From positions 2,880,001 through 2,944,000 of the forward strand of contig OZ250169.1 in assembly GCA_965237955.1 (NCBI GenBank): DNA of 64,000 nucleotides, in the 5' to 3' direction. Under the pieces are notes generated by a model. The model worked only from the letters and a program-made list of their open reading frames with translations, had not been told where the DNA came from and did no database searches. Positions 31,312 through 42,264 of this stretch are shown here, in pieces (within the stretch, counting starts at the first letter, position 1; each line of letters begins with the position of its first letter). The translations under genes and the position numbers were made by a program. This stretch comes from Candidatus Marinacidobacterales bacterium (GTDB lineage: Bacteria > Acidobacteriota > Vicinamibacteria > Marinacidobacterales > SMYC01).

Positions 31312-32904
31312 ATGTTCCATCATAAGACTCTTATTACATTAGCGGTCGTGGCATTAGGAGCTCCCTCTTTGTCCCCCGCCCAGACCTTCGAAGAGCGCGC
31401 GGCCGAGATTCTGGGAAATATTGGAAACGAGAACGCGCGAAGCGGATCGTTCGCCGACTATGATAACGATGGCGACCCCGATCTTTTCATTCAGGGCACC
31501 GTCCAGGCACAGCGACTGTTGCGAAACAACACCATCGGTTCGGGCAGTGCCACCTTCACCGACGTCACTGTCGAAGTTGGGCTCGACAACTTGGACCAGT
31601 ATGGAAGGAGCTCCGCCTGGGCGGACTACGATGGTGACGGGGACGTCGACCTTTTCCTCGGCCGGGAGCATTCCGGCAATGGAGACACCCGTGGCGATCT
31701 GTTCAGAAACATGCTTATGGAGGGCGGGACCGGGTTCGTGAATTTTGGCGCACAGACCGGACTCGACGACCCTTACAACCATGAAAACATCGCTTGGGTC
31801 GATATCGATCAGGACGGGGACCTGGATCTCCTGGTCCTCATGTTCAGCCAGCCGCATGAGCTCTACGAGCAATTCGCGCCGGGGCAGTTCCGTCCGATCG
31901 GCGAGCAGACCGGTTTCGCCGATCCAACCTCCCATGGTTACGGTTTGGCCATCGGCGATTATGACGGAGACGGGGACGTCGATCTCTATCTCTCAACGTG
32001 CCTGATTGGGAACCGTGTTCCGAATACCTTCTTCGAAAACCAGCTCAGCGATACGGGCGTTCTTCGGTTTATTGACGTCACCGACCGCACGGACACACAG
32101 TTCTATCCGAGTACTTTCGGTACGCAGTTCGCTGATTTCGACGACGACGGCGATTTGGATCTTTACTTGATAGGGGCCCAAGGGAATCCAAACGGAATCT
32201 TTCGGAATGACGGAGACGGAACGTTCAAGGAACTTCACTTCGCAGAATTGCTTGATGAGAATATTGACGAACTTTCAGTTGAGAGTGTTGGCGCAGCACC
32301 TGACCCTTCAATTGCCTACCAATCGTCCATGACGTTATCAGCCGGCGCGCAAGCGGTGGACTACGACAATGATGGCGATCTCGACCTGTTCGCTCATGAT
32401 CAAACGGGTCCCATTGGACGAACGCTCTTCCGGTACGATGGCGACTTTCGGTTTACTCACGTATCGACCCAGGAGGGCCTTCGGACGGGGCCCGACCAGG
32501 GCTACGACAGCACCTTTGTGGACTACGACCTCGACGGCGATCTCGACTTGTTTGCCTCAACGGGCGCGGGCCTGCCTCAGCGATTCTTTGTCAGTTACGC
32601 CTCGACGAACGGAAACGGGTGGTTGTTTGTTCGCCTCAAAGGCACCAAAAACAACCCCTCCGGTATCGGAGCTCAAGTCTACGCAACGATTCATCAAGGC
32701 ACGCCCCAGGAGCGAACCCTCAGGCGCGATACCTTTCTAGCGATGATCGGCACGTTTCATCAGGACGACTTGCCGGTTCACATTGGTTTGGGAGCGGCCC
32801 AGGTAGTCGATGAGCTGCGAATTGTCTGGCCCAACGGCGTGACTCAGGTGCTCACGAACGTTTCGGCCGGTCAGTATTTGGAGGTAGCAATTCCTAGCTC
32901 CTGA
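31312..32904 (+). CDS. FG-GAP / ASPIC-UnbV protein, paralog of 8606-10153
   Basis: Long identical DNA blocks and the same motifs. Confidence 0.85.
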   Translation: MFHHKTLITLAVVALGAPSLSPAQTFEERAAEILGNIGNENARSGSFADYDNDGDPDLFIQGTVQAQRLLRNNTIGSGSATFTDVTVEVGLDNLDQYGRSSAWADYDGDGDVDLFLGREHSGNGDTRGDLFRNMLMEGGTGFVNFGAQTGLDDPYNHENIAWVDIDQDGDLDLLVLMFSQPHELYEQFAPGQFRPIGEQTGFADPTSHGYGLAIGDYDGDGDVDLYLSTCLIGNRVPNTFFENQLSDTGVLRFIDVTDRTDTQFYPSTFGTQFADFDDDGDLDLYLIGAQGNPNGIFRNDGDGTFKELHFAELLDENIDELSVESVGAAPDPSIAYQSSMTLSAGAQAVDYDNDGDLDLFAHDQTGPIGRTLFRYDGDFRFTHVSTQEGLRTGPDQGYDSTFVDYDLDGDLDLFASTGAGLPQRFFVSYASTNGNGWLFVRLKGTKNNPSGIGAQVYATIHQGTPQERTLRRDTFLAMIGTFHQDDLPVHIGLGAAQVVDELRIVWPNGVTQVLTNVSAGQYLEVAIPSS

Positions 32905-33400
32905 GCCGTTTCCGCGGACGTCCGCTCGTATTCGATACGAACGGAAGGTGGATCGCCTCCAGGTCCCTTCAAGTAGTGCTCCAACCAGCGGAGCGTCCTC
33001 GAGCTGCGGTCGAGCCGTGAAGCGGCTCGGTCGTATGCGTGTCCTTCGCCTCGGTAGAGAACGAGCCTAACCGGCACCTTCCCCTGGACCTTGAGGTGGC
33101 GATAGAGCTCCATGGCCTGGCTGGGGTGAACCCGCGGGTCCTCTGCGCCGTGCAAGATCAGGATCGGCGTGCGGGCCCGGTTCACGTAGTAAATGGGCGA
33201 GCGTTTCATGAAGTATTCCCAGTCGTCCCAAAGCCATTTGCGGTGGTGCACCATGAACATCTCGTAAGGAATGTCGGTGGTGCCGACCTTGGAGATGGCG
33301 TCGCTGATGCCGGCGGACATGACGGCGGCGGCGAAGCGATCACTGTAATAGGTGGCTCCCCACGCAGACGCGTAGCCTCCGTAGGAGCTGCCGGTGATGC
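32871..33400 (-). pseudogene. S9 prolyl-oligopeptidase C-terminal fragment
   Basis: GSSYGG, HGAEDPRV, GEGH triad motifs; cut by an element end at 33401. Confidence 0.85.
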
Positions 33401-33775
33401 CGTCCTGTGCCAAAACTCGGCCCTTTTGAAATAGGCCATAAATCAGCAGTTTAGTGTCTGTGTTTGCGACCGGGCCAAGGGCCGTGGGCTTTACAATCGT
33501 CTTGGGCGGGCGGGTCGTCACCATGCAGATGACCACCTCGTCGAGAGCGAATATCGAAGCGTGTTCCTGAAGCTGTTTCCACGCTACGCCGGTCGAGCCC
33601 GCCGAGGGGCTACCGTCGCCGGCGACCATCTACGCGGCACGGCAGTAGTAGTTTGAGAATGCCCCCAAGTCGCTCTCGCGACACGATGGGGCCAGCGTCA
33701 TTCGCGCTTGCCGGCAGAGGTGTGAGGAGACCTTGGTGGTTCCGTTCTCTGTGTGATAGTGCACTACGTATTCGT
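33401..33775 (-). mobile_element. rve-integrase element 3' end, degenerate
   Basis: Full TIR plus decayed integrase 3' sequence. Confidence 0.85.
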
Positions 33776-33935
33776 CATCGCCCCGTGGCGAGCCCGAGAT
33801 CTGGGGCGTGTCGGAGGCGATGTCGGCGATTTGGGTTCTCCGCACGCGCGGGGAAAACACCGTCCAGCAGCGGGATGCCACGCTCCCGGGCGGAGACCTG
33901 GATCCAAGCCCGGGCCGCACCTGGACCAGAACGTG

Positions 33936-34101
33936 CTAGTCCCCTGGAACAGAGGTTCGTGGCCTAAAGCTCGACGCCATTTTGTGGGCTGGCGAGGCGT
34001 GACGACGAAGTCATATTGGAATATTTCGAGGAGGAACAACGAAGCCAGCGCGCAAAAAGGGCCCGAGATTTAGGTTACGAACCTCTGTTCCAGGGGACTA
34101 G
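33936..34101. mobile_element. MITE at a CTAG site (IS630-like)
   Basis: 25-bp perfect IR CTAGTCCCCTGGAACAGAGGTTCGT; empty homologous site near 53390. Confidence 0.8.
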
Positions 34102-34593
34102 GCCGGCTACGCCGCGGTAACCTCAGCTTCGATTCTGAGCCCCTCGGGCGGCCTCTTTTCCGCTGCCCGCAAGGTCTTCGGTCAGAGCCCTGCGTACACA
34201 GGTTTCGGGAGAAGGCTGTTTTACGTGCTCTCGGGTTTCAACCTTGGTGCCCATTTCCTTCTATCCTCTTCCCCTACAGCGATTTAACGGCCTCCGTCAC
34301 GTGCTGGTCCCCGCACGCATCATCGACGGGTGATGAGAAGACGCTCAATGCCTAGATCGCGCCTGAGGAGAGGGCGAATAGCGGAATTCGAATTGGCCAA
34401 ACCTCGAATTCATCCAGCGGAGTTTTACGGAGGAAACGAAGATGACTCCGCAGACGGTCCAGTACAAGGAGCTATCCGAGTCTGGAAACCATGACAGGGA
34501 ATTTGGGCCAGTTTAAGTCTGATTGGTGGAGGCCAGTGTCGGAGAGCAGCTTGCTGCTAACCGAGGCCATTCACGAAGTGGGCGCTGGCAGGC

Positions 34594-36256
34594 TCACAGC
34601 GTTTTGACGAGCACTCGCTGTTTCTCCCAATCGTCGGGAAGCGGATGATGCAAGAGGTAGCTCGAGGTCAGCCCAACGGGCTGGCGGCCTTCGACAATGG
34701 CGCGGACGATGTCGGGAGCCAGGAAGGCATAACGGATTGCCTTGCGCACGCGGTCCGTTGGGATGGCGTTTTCGGTGGCAATCTCCTCATAGGTTTTGCC
34801 TGCTTTGATTCGGTCGAGCCAGGAGAGGGCGTTTCTGATATTGCGCAGGAGTGTGCGGTCGACGGATTTCGTGGGGTTGCCCAGAACGAGCTTGGTCTCG
34901 ACGCCGCGTCGACGCAAGCGGAACGGCGCGTGGATGCGGAGCGTATCCTCGCGAATGCGGTCGGGCTCCATAGACAGGCAAGCAGCGAACGCATTGCGGT
35001 CGAGGAGGATAGACACAGAGCCTGGGCTGATGTCGACCCGCCGGATAAGACGGAGCAGGGGGGCTGCCGAGGCACTATCATTGTTACTACCGGAACACAG
35101 CCCGTCTAAAAAGCGACGCACCGAGGCGAGCTCTTGCATCGTCGGAGTGTGGATCAACGAGGCCGAGAAGGTCGTGACATCCACATTGCTGTCGGATGAG
35201 ATGCACGACGGTCTGTTCCAGCATCGGGGCGGGCAGTCGCCAGCCGGAGAGGTCCTTTTGGCCACTGTGCTGGATGAGGCGCCGGGAGACGTAGTAGCGG
35301 AGCCGTTGCCCGTTTTTCTTTTTGGTGTGGCTCGGCGTCAGCCGGTCCCCGGTCTCGTCGAAGAGCTTGCCGGCCAGTGGGGAAGGGGCTGCACGGCCCT
35401 TCGTCGTGCGTCTCCTTGGTTTGGCAGCCCCTGCCTGCAGCTGCGTTTGGACCGCGTCCCAGAGCTCCGGAGCAATGATCGATGGATGCTGGCCCTCGTA
35501 GACACACCTCTGGTGCCGGATGCGGCCGGCGTAGAGAGGATTGGTCAGCAGGCAGTGGAGGTGTCCGCGACGGAACGGCAGCCCGCCCGTTCGGGTTCCA
35601 TCCGCGGTGAAGCGTTGCTTGGTACGCAGTCTCAGACGGTCCGCCTCGGCCTTCACCTGCCGGAGCGTTCCGTGCTTTCGGTACAGCGCATAGAGCGTCC
35701 GGACCGTTTCGGCCTCAGCCTCGTTGATGCGCAGCGTGCGCCCGTCCTTCTCATAGCCTAGCGGTACGCGGCCGCCCATCCATAGTCCCTTGCGCTTGGA
35801 GGCAGCGACCTTATCGCGGATCCGCTCGGCCGTGACCTCGCGTTCGAATTGTGCGAAGGACAGCAGCATATGCAGCGTCAGTCGTCCCATGCTGGTCGCG
35901 GTGTTGAAGGACTGAGTCACCGAGACGAAAACCGCGCCGGCCGCCTCGAGCCGCTCGACGAGCTTTGCAAAGTCGGAGAGGGAACGGGTCAGCCGGTCGA
36001 CCTTGTAGACCACAATCTGGTCGACGAGACCTGCGTCGATGTCGGCGAGCAAGCGCTGCAGGCCCGGGCGCTCCAGGGTTCCTCCCGAGAGCCCCGCGTC
36101 CTCGTAGACAGTTGGCAGCAGCACCCAGCCCTCCGCTTTCTGGCTCGCGACATACGCGGCGCAGGCTTCTCGCTGCGCATCGAGGGAGTTGAACTCCTGT
36201 TCGAGACCCTCTTCCGCACTCTTTCGCGTATAGATGGCACAGCGGATCTTCTTCAT
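34594..36256 (-). pseudogene. Large serine recombinase, +1 frameshift near 35186
   Basis: CAIYTRKS, DRLTRS, GGRVPLGY, NPLYAG; CACATTG here versus CACATG in the second copy. Confidence 0.85.
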
Positions 36257-36257
36257 G

Positions 36258-36689
36258 TTAGGCCTTGCGCTTGGGCGTCAGACCGAAAAAGCGTGGTCCT
36301 GACCAGTGGGTGCCGGTGATTCGCTTTGCGATGGTAGTGAGGGACGGATAGGTTTTGCCATCGAACCGATAGCCGTTGTCGATTACCTCGACCTGGTAGG
36401 TCCGGCCATTCCACTCGCGGACGAGATGGGTGCCGGCAGAAACGGACCCTGCGGGAGCGTCGGAGCTTGGTGTCTCGTTCGCCATGGCAGCCAGAGCGCG
36501 CCGGGTTGCGGCCGAAAGCCCGCCATGGGTCCGGCACTGGCGTTCGTGCAAGAGAACGCGGCGCAGGAAAACACGCGAGAGCGAGCTTGGAGGAGCAGCC
36601 CCAAAGGTCTGCTCCCAGACCCGCCGTAAGCTGGCGAAGTCCAAACCGTCCAAAACGACGTTCCGGCCAACCCCTGTATCCTGCGGCAT
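36258..36689 (-). CDS. DUF2924-family protein
   Basis: GTHLVREWNG..Y.SLTTIAKRITGTHWSGPRFFGL. Confidence 0.85.
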   Translation of the reverse strand: MPQDTGVGRNVVLDGLDFASLRRVWEQTFGAAPPSSLSRVFLRRVLLHERQCRTHGGLSAATRRALAAMANETPSSDAPAGSVSAGTHLVREWNGRTYQVEVIDNGYRFDGKTYPSLTTIAKRITGTHWSGPRFFGLTPKRKA

Positions 36690-37119
36690 CACCGAACGTT
36701 CGCTCTTGTGCTCGATAAAGTCCAGTCTAATGAGGGACTTCCGGGTGCGAAGTTCACTGGCCGTAGCTCGCCCCGCAGCCGATTTGAGCCAGCCGTGCGC
36801 ACCCCCGGTGGGCCTGTCGCTCGCCACCCGCAGCTCTGGGGTCGGAAGCCAGCCCTGCGGCGCGAAATACCCTCGATTTTGCGCGGATTCCAAGGGCGTC
36901 TAAGCTGCTGATTTGTGGTCTATTTCAAAAGAGCCGAGTTTTGGCACAGGACGCGGAAGCACCCGCAGCGGTGGCGGCAATCGACGGGCTGATCGAACAT
37001 GCCTCGTGACATAAACGTGTCTTCCGGTACATTTCCATGCCATCTGACACCGGGGTGCAGAGCGCTGTGGAGGGCGCAAAGATTGGTTTGAACGAAACGA
37101 GTGGAGGCTCTCGCCGGTC

Positions 37120-37647
37120 TTACTTGCTCAAGGCCGGCACTCCGAGCCTCTTCAATCGCGCCGCGACATCCGCTCCCGCGCTGTGCGTGTTGACGCTTCT
37201 GTCGATGTAGAGGATCTTGCCTTCGGCGTCGACATAGTAAGTCCAGCGGTGCGGCAATTCACGCTTCGCCGTTACGACCCCATAGGACTTCGCGACGCCT
37301 TTGTCGGGATCGCTCAGGATCGGATAGTCGAGCGAGAGAGATTCGGCGAATTCCTTGTTAGTCTTGACCGTGTCACAGCTCGCGGCGAAGTAGTTGACCG
37401 CAAAAGCACGGATTTCGTCGCCGCTCTCACGGAGCGACTTGCATTCGGCCGTTCAACCACCGGTAAACGCTTTCGGAAACCACGCAAGGACCACAGCCTT
37501 GCCCCTTAGCTCGGAGAGCCGGTAGGACTTTCCGTCGGTGCCTTGGAGCTCGAAGTCGGGTGCCTCGTCGCCAACCTGTAGTTCGGCAGCACCCAGGGAG
37601 CCTCCGATAAACATCACACCAAGAGCCCAGCCAGCGATTCGCTTCAT
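37120..37647 (-). CDS. Peroxiredoxin (AhpC/BCP-like), probable selenoprotein
   Basis: [15 protein letters not shown]; frame stays open for another 110 codons of Prx-like sequence. Confidence 0.85.
37421..37452 (-). promoter_or_regulatory. Putative bacterial SECIS hairpin
   Basis: CGCTC-CGTGA-GAGCG stem-loop about 16 nt after the in-frame TGA. Confidence 0.55.
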
Positions 37648-38065
37648 TGACAACACTCCCACTCCAATATAAGCACCTATAACTCGTAGCACCAATTGGA
37701 ACTTAGCAATTCGCTTCAATGACAACACTCCCATTCCAATCGTCACAACCCAAAGCGGAAGTCTAGACCCGGCCAGCGGGCATGGCAACCGACGGCGGAG
37801 TTCCTGTTGGTTCAGTAGCTCAGGCATTGTGGACGTCGAAGCTCCCGCCTTCGAACCGAGGCGCCCGCGGGCGAAGAGCCCGGCTGGCCGAGCGAGCCGA
37901 GGAGGCGAGCGAAGGATAAATAATGCCCGTGAGGTCAAAATACTCATGCTGCTTCCCGATGGTAGAAACGTAGCAACCCGCCAAGCCGTTCACGGGAGCG
38001 CACCATAGACACTAAGCTGCTGATTTATGGTCTATTTCAAAAGGGCCGAGTTTTGGCACAGGACG

Positions 38066-39082
38066 GGGTTGCTCCGCGGAAGCTTTCGACCCGAAGCAGC
38101 CATCACCGCCCTTCGTGGCTACCTCCGCCACCGAGAGACTCTCGTTCAGAGTGCGGTAACCCATATCCAGCGCATGCAGAAGGCTCTCGTGCAAATGAAT
38201 CTTCAACTCCACCTTGTGGTCACTGATATCACGGGTGTCACTGGCATGCGGATTCTACGAGACATCGTTGCCGGACAAACCGACCCCCATCGGCTCGCCA
38301 AGCACCGTGACCACCGTTGTCAGTCCTCCGAGGCCGAGATCGCCGCTGCACTCACCGGCAACTATCGCCCCGAGCACCTCTTCGCTCTCAAGCAGAACCT
38401 CGAACTCTTTGATGCTTTTCAGCTCCAGATCCAAACCTGTGACGTGGCCATCGAATCGCACCTGCAGCTTCTAGCTCAACGCTCAACCCCGAACACCTCC
38501 TTGCCACCGCCTCGAAAATCGCGCAAGCCCCGAGTGAACGAACCTCGGTTCGAGCTCTGGCCTCTCCTCCACCAGATCGCCGGGGTCGACCTCTCCCAGA
38601 TCGACGCCATCGGACCCTATTCCGCGCTTCGCTTGCTCGCCGAGATCGGTACCGATATGAACCGATGGCCTACTGAAAAGCACTTCACTTCCTGGCTTAC
38701 CCTCGCGCCCAATAACAAAATCTCCGGCGGGCGACTCCTCAGCTCGAAAACACAACCCTCTGCAAACCGCGCCGCTGGCATTCTCCGCATGGCCGCACTC
38801 AGCCTCGGGCGTACACAGACCGCTCTCGGCGCCTACTATCGACGTCTCGCCTATCGCGTCGGTAAATCCAAAGCCATCACCGCCACCGCTCGAAAGCTCG
38901 CCATTCTCGTCTACCGCACTCTCAAGGATGGGCTCGTCTATCAAGACCCCGGGGCCGCCGCCTACAACGCTCAAGATCGCTCCCGTGCCGTGCGCCGCCT
39001 GACCCAACGCGCCGCTGACCTCGGTTTCGCTCTCATCGACACTCAAACGGGCGACGTCGTTCAGGCGGTAGTTTCTTAGGAG
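38066..39082 (+). mobile_element. IS110 copy 3, 5'-truncated by a CGTCC end
   Basis: Matches the 3' part of copy 1; right flank AATGGGCTTGACTC is the IS256 IRR half. Confidence 0.9.
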
Positions 39083-39504
39083 AATGGGCTTGACTCCTGC
39101 GCTGGTACCTGTGCCTTCTATTTATTCATCCGCGCGCACCGAACTTGATTAGTCTCCGGTCTGGCGTTCTCGACCCGGCGTCCGAACTCTTCGGGAAACC
39201 GTCTCTCCAGACTCGAATGGACACCCACAAACACGAGCTCCGGAGCTGCGACCGAATAGATCCTGCGCCAAAAGCGCCAAAACCCGTCTGGTCAAAATAC
39301 GCGAAGGCCCAGCGGGTCAGCAGTTTGCACCTACGACCTGCCCAGCATCCTTTGACTACGCCATAAATTCTGGCTAAAGTACTCTACTTGTACTGACTTA
39401 GTTGACCGGCAAGCCATCGTCAGGTGTCAGGGGGACCGCCTGCCCGACTGGCTGAGCTGAATGCCCAAAAAGCTTTGACCTGGACTGAAAAGGAGCGCAA
39501 GAGC

Positions 39505-40002
39505 ATGAAGAAGATTATCTCTACAGTGTTTGTATTATTGACATCCATGAGTATGGCAAACGCCGACCAGTATTTGCAGGCATCCTCAACGATTACCCAG
39601 TGCCCCGGCAATGCACCCGTGGTCGTTAAAATGGATGTCACGGATGCAGCCAATGGCCTTGCCCTAAAAGACAACAAAATCACTGTAAGTGAAGCCGGAC
39701 CCTATCTGATAGTCGCTGCGCCCCAAGTGGGACGCGAAGGTGGAGGACCCTATGGTTGCTTCGATTTATGGCTACGTGTTAATGGAGATGATGTAGCGAA
39801 CTCCAACGTACAGCTGTGTCAGGATGCCGACAGCAGGGCGAAAGACGTCATCATATCGCAGGGAATCGTCCCACTGAAGGCGGGTGATGTTGTAGAAGTC
39901 ATGATGTCAGCTAATAATTCAGAGGCGAACCTATGCATTGAAGCTATCCAGCCGGCCGGTGAACCATTGGTGCCTTCGATCATTTTCTCGATGATCAAGT
40001 AG
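39505..40002 (+). CDS. Secreted protein, possible C1q/TNF-like beta-sandwich
   Basis: Signal peptide; ITVSEAGPYLI..LRVNG..LKAGDVVEV pattern. Confidence 0.6.
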   Translation: MKKIISTVFVLLTSMSMANADQYLQASSTITQCPGNAPVVVKMDVTDAANGLALKDNKITVSEAGPYLIVAAPQVGREGGGPYGCFDLWLRVNGDDVANSNVQLCQDADSRAKDVIISQGIVPLKAGDVVEVMMSANNSEANLCIEAIQPAGEPLVPSIIFSMIK

Positions 40003-40107
40003 TAAGATTTGTGTAGAAGTTGAGAAATTCTCCGACGAAGGTGCCGCTGGGTGTACCAGCGCCAAGCCTCGGGCATCAAGGCCCTCCTCTTGGTCTGATT
40101 GGCAATC

Positions 40108-40259
40108 TGAACCGCCCCGGGAATCCCGGAGACTGTTTCAGTTGAGTCTCGCCACCTTGAGCGAGCCTTGTTGCGAGCGATAGTAGTTCAGTTCGTGCTC
40201 GACCGGTGGGATGTTTCCGATCGGTTCCAAGAGTCGTTGCGTGTTGTACCAGTGCACCC
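40108..40259. mobile_element. IS3-like end remnant
   Basis: Begins TGAACCGCCCCGGG; truncated by a CGTCC end. Confidence 0.5.
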
Positions 40260-40393
40260 CGTCCTGTGCCAAAACTCGGACAGCCACGACATCCCCAAGC
40301 GCCGGCCTACGGCCCTTGGGGATGTCGCAAACACAGACACTAAGTTGCTGATTTGTAGCCTATTTCAAAAGAGCCGAGTTTTGGCACAGGACG
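40260..40393. mobile_element. 134-bp MITE of the CGTCC-end element
   Basis: Both termini present, no coding sequence. Confidence 0.85.
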
Positions 40394-40543
40394 GGGTGAC
40401 CCTTGATACCTCGCCACAAGGGGGCTGGTCATGGACCACACCGCTGGGCGGCACCGCAGATCTTGGTCAAGATGCGGTCGCCGAGCGTTTCTTTGGTCAG
40501 GCCGGTTCGCAGCGGACCGTCGAAACCCGAGAGGAGGAGAAAC

Positions 40544-41356
40544 GTGAAGTATCGTCATTCATTCCTGCAGGTACTCGCGGTTGTCTTCCTCGCTGGCACA
40601 CAATACGCCTGCCGGGCGGATGCACCGAGCCAGGGGGATGCAGAGGACCAGATGGACGCGGAGCGCGCGCAGGGCGCAGCGACCGGCGAGGTTCACTGGA
40701 GCTACGAAGGCGACACCGGACCGTACCAATGGGGTGGGCTGGATTCGTCCTTCGCGGTCTGTGACAGCGGGGTCCAGCAATCTCCGATCGATCTGACGGA
40801 TGCGATCTCGGCAGGCGGAGGGGGACTCGAAATCCAGTGGCAACCCGCGGCGGGCGAGGTCGTGGATAACGGACATACCATCCAGGTCAACATAGACGCT
40901 GGGAGTTCCATCACTCTGCAGGGCCGGCAATTCTCGCTCTTGCAGTTCCACTTCCATCTGCCGAGCGAACACACAGTCGATGGGGAAGAGTACCCGTTGG
41001 AGGTCCACTTTGTGCATCAGGCCGAGGAGGGTGATCTTGCGGTGATCGGGGTCTTCATGGACGTCGGCGGCGTGCACTCGGCCGTCCAGAGCATCTGGGA
41101 TGCCATACCAGGCGTCGATCAGGCGCCCACACCGCTGGTCGACCTCGATCCGAACGCCTTCCTGCCCGGAGGCCGGAGCTACTTCCGGTACGCCGGCTCC
41201 CTGACGACGCCACCCTGCTCTGAGGTGGTCAACTGGGTGGTGCTTACCGAGGCAATTGCAGTTTCGCAGGCACAGGTCGATGCCTTCGCGGCCCTATATC
41301 CGATCAACGCGCGTCCGGTCCAGCCACTCTATCGGCGGTTCATTCTGACGAGGTAG
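40544..41356 (+). CDS. Alpha-class carbonic anhydrase, exported
   Basis: HWSY, QSPID, QFHFH.PSEH, EVHFVH, YAGSLTTPPCSE. Confidence 0.92.
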   Translation: MKYRHSFLQVLAVVFLAGTQYACRADAPSQGDAEDQMDAERAQGAATGEVHWSYEGDTGPYQWGGLDSSFAVCDSGVQQSPIDLTDAISAGGGGLEIQWQPAAGEVVDNGHTIQVNIDAGSSITLQGRQFSLLQFHFHLPSEHTVDGEEYPLEVHFVHQAEEGDLAVIGVFMDVGGVHSAVQSIWDAIPGVDQAPTPLVDLDPNAFLPGGRSYFRYAGSLTTPPCSEVVNWVVLTEAIAVSQAQVDAFAALYPINARPVQPLYRRFILTR

Positions 41357-41456
41357 CGAAGGGGAGTAAGAAGATGTATACGATGTTCATGGCCGCTCCG
41401 TAGTTGCGCGTTATCTGCAGTGCTGGGCCGAGCCAGCCGCGACCACAGCACTATCC

Positions 41457-41672
41457 CGTCGTGTCCAAAAATACAAACGGACTCAAGACCGGCGCGCCGG
41501 GGCGTTTCGGATGAGAGGTGTCTAGGCTTGGTTGGCAATGGGAGCTAGACTGAGAGGTCTTTTCGGGAGCACCGATCACAGAGTCAGTGCCCCGTCGGCT
41601 GGTCTCCGCGAATTTCGAGAACGCCTCGAGGATTCGGGCTGTCGGGCTCTGTTCGTATTTTCGGACACGACG
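41457..41672. mobile_element. MITE with CGTCGTGTCC ends
   Basis: IRs CGTCGTGTCCAAAAATAC / GTATTTTCGGACACGACG; same end at 19776 and 44166. Confidence 0.75.
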
Positions 41673-41772
41673 CGATTGTAGGGCCTTACGGCCCTTGGCA
41701 CGGTCGCAAACACAGACTCTAAGCTGTTGATTTATCGTTTATTTCAAAAGGGCCGAGTTTTGGCACAGGCCG

Positions 41773-42102
41773 GGGAAGAATTATCGAGCCACGATGCGAA
41801 CCGAGCGACGCAACCTTGTTAATGCCATCAAAATCGCCACTTATAATGCCGAGCGCCTACTGGCCCGCCGCTTCTTCAAGCACTACAAAGATCCCAGGGA
41901 TTGGTTAACTTTTTTCCGTTCGATTCTCCAACTCCCAGGCACAATAGCAAACAGATCGACCGACGAGATTGTCGTTGAGCTCAGGCCGCCGGACGAGCCA
42001 AAAGTCCGTCACGCCCTTGCGCTGACGCTCGCCGAGCTCAATGCTCTCGGAGGACGCACCTTTGGAGACGGCCAAAGGCTCACATTTGCGTTGAAGAGTT
42101 AA
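41773..42102 (+). pseudogene. Putative transposase C-terminal fragment
   Basis: IKIATYNAERLLA...LPGTI pattern; cut by an end at 41772. Confidence 0.5.
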
Positions 42103-42264
42103 ACTCTGGCGCTTGATTTTTCTTGCCGTTTTAAAGGAGTTCTGAGTCTAATGGGGTGTCGGCATCGGGGGCGTTTTCTTCTGCCCGCCGATACGCGTTC
42201 TTCCTTTTTTGCGGATCACAATCTTCTCCAACCATTCAAAAGGGCCGAGTTTCGGCACAGGACG

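Noticed and set aside
34524-34533. TGGTGGAGGC as a tRNA/tmRNA 3'-end attachment site (also near 54373)
   Set aside because: Only about 10 nt, with no T-arm or further tRNA structure
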